Positions 63,979 through 64,000 of a stretch of 64,000 nucleotides of DNA are shown here, one piece after another. The notes beneath the pieces are model-generated. The model worked only from the letters and a program-made list of their open reading frames with translations. It ran no database searches and was not told the origin of the DNA. Each line of letters begins with the position of its first letter. Within the stretch, counting starts at the first letter, position 1. Origin of the DNA: a virus; IMG/VR virus record IMGVR_UViG_3300046673_000306, positions 42,546 to 106,545 of that record; one strand, written 5' to 3'. Both the position numbers and the translations under genes were made by a program.

Positions 63979-64000
63979 GGGTTCGTCCCTGGACTCGTCG

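Noticed and set aside
1-64000. Alternative genetic code (stop-codon reassignment), as in some large phages
   Set aside because: Long genes are intact in code 11, and TAG, TGA and TAA all end genes at tight junctions.
1-64000. tRNA/rRNA genes, integrase, terminase
   Set aside because: None recognised; intergenic gaps are short, and the terminase probably lies outside the window.

Overview
A 64-kb segment of a large, GC-rich, contractile-tailed (myovirus-like) phage or prophage using the standard genetic code. About 1-9.6 kb is an early/accessory region of small genes, transcribed divergently from three near-identical sigma70-type promoters that appear to make leaderless mRNAs; the rightward operon ends in a bacterial-type (Bd0055-like) histone gene. 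About 9.67-64 kb is one minus-strand late operon. In transcription order it holds a minimal CRISPR polymerase (mCpol)-domain protein, a large head-region protein, portal, a gpF/gp7-like head protein and prohead protease (these last three each carry a LAGLIDADG intein), scaffold, decoration protein, major capsid, fibre and neck proteins, sheath, tube, tail chaperones with a -1 frameshift, tape measure, baseplate, tail fibre, and a lysis cassette (M15 endolysin, holin, a possible beta-barrel spanin and a degenerate amidase). The strongest leads are (1) an exact prfB/RF2-type +1 frameshift signal (AGGGGG-TCG-CTT-TGA-C) at the stop codon of a head-region gene, opening a 144-aa extension; (2) a phage-encoded mCpol cyclic-nucleotide synthase domain in the head module; (3) a phage histone; and (4) an Ala1 intein beside the protease catalytic Ser. 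All protein calls rest on motif recognition and synteny only; no searches were run.
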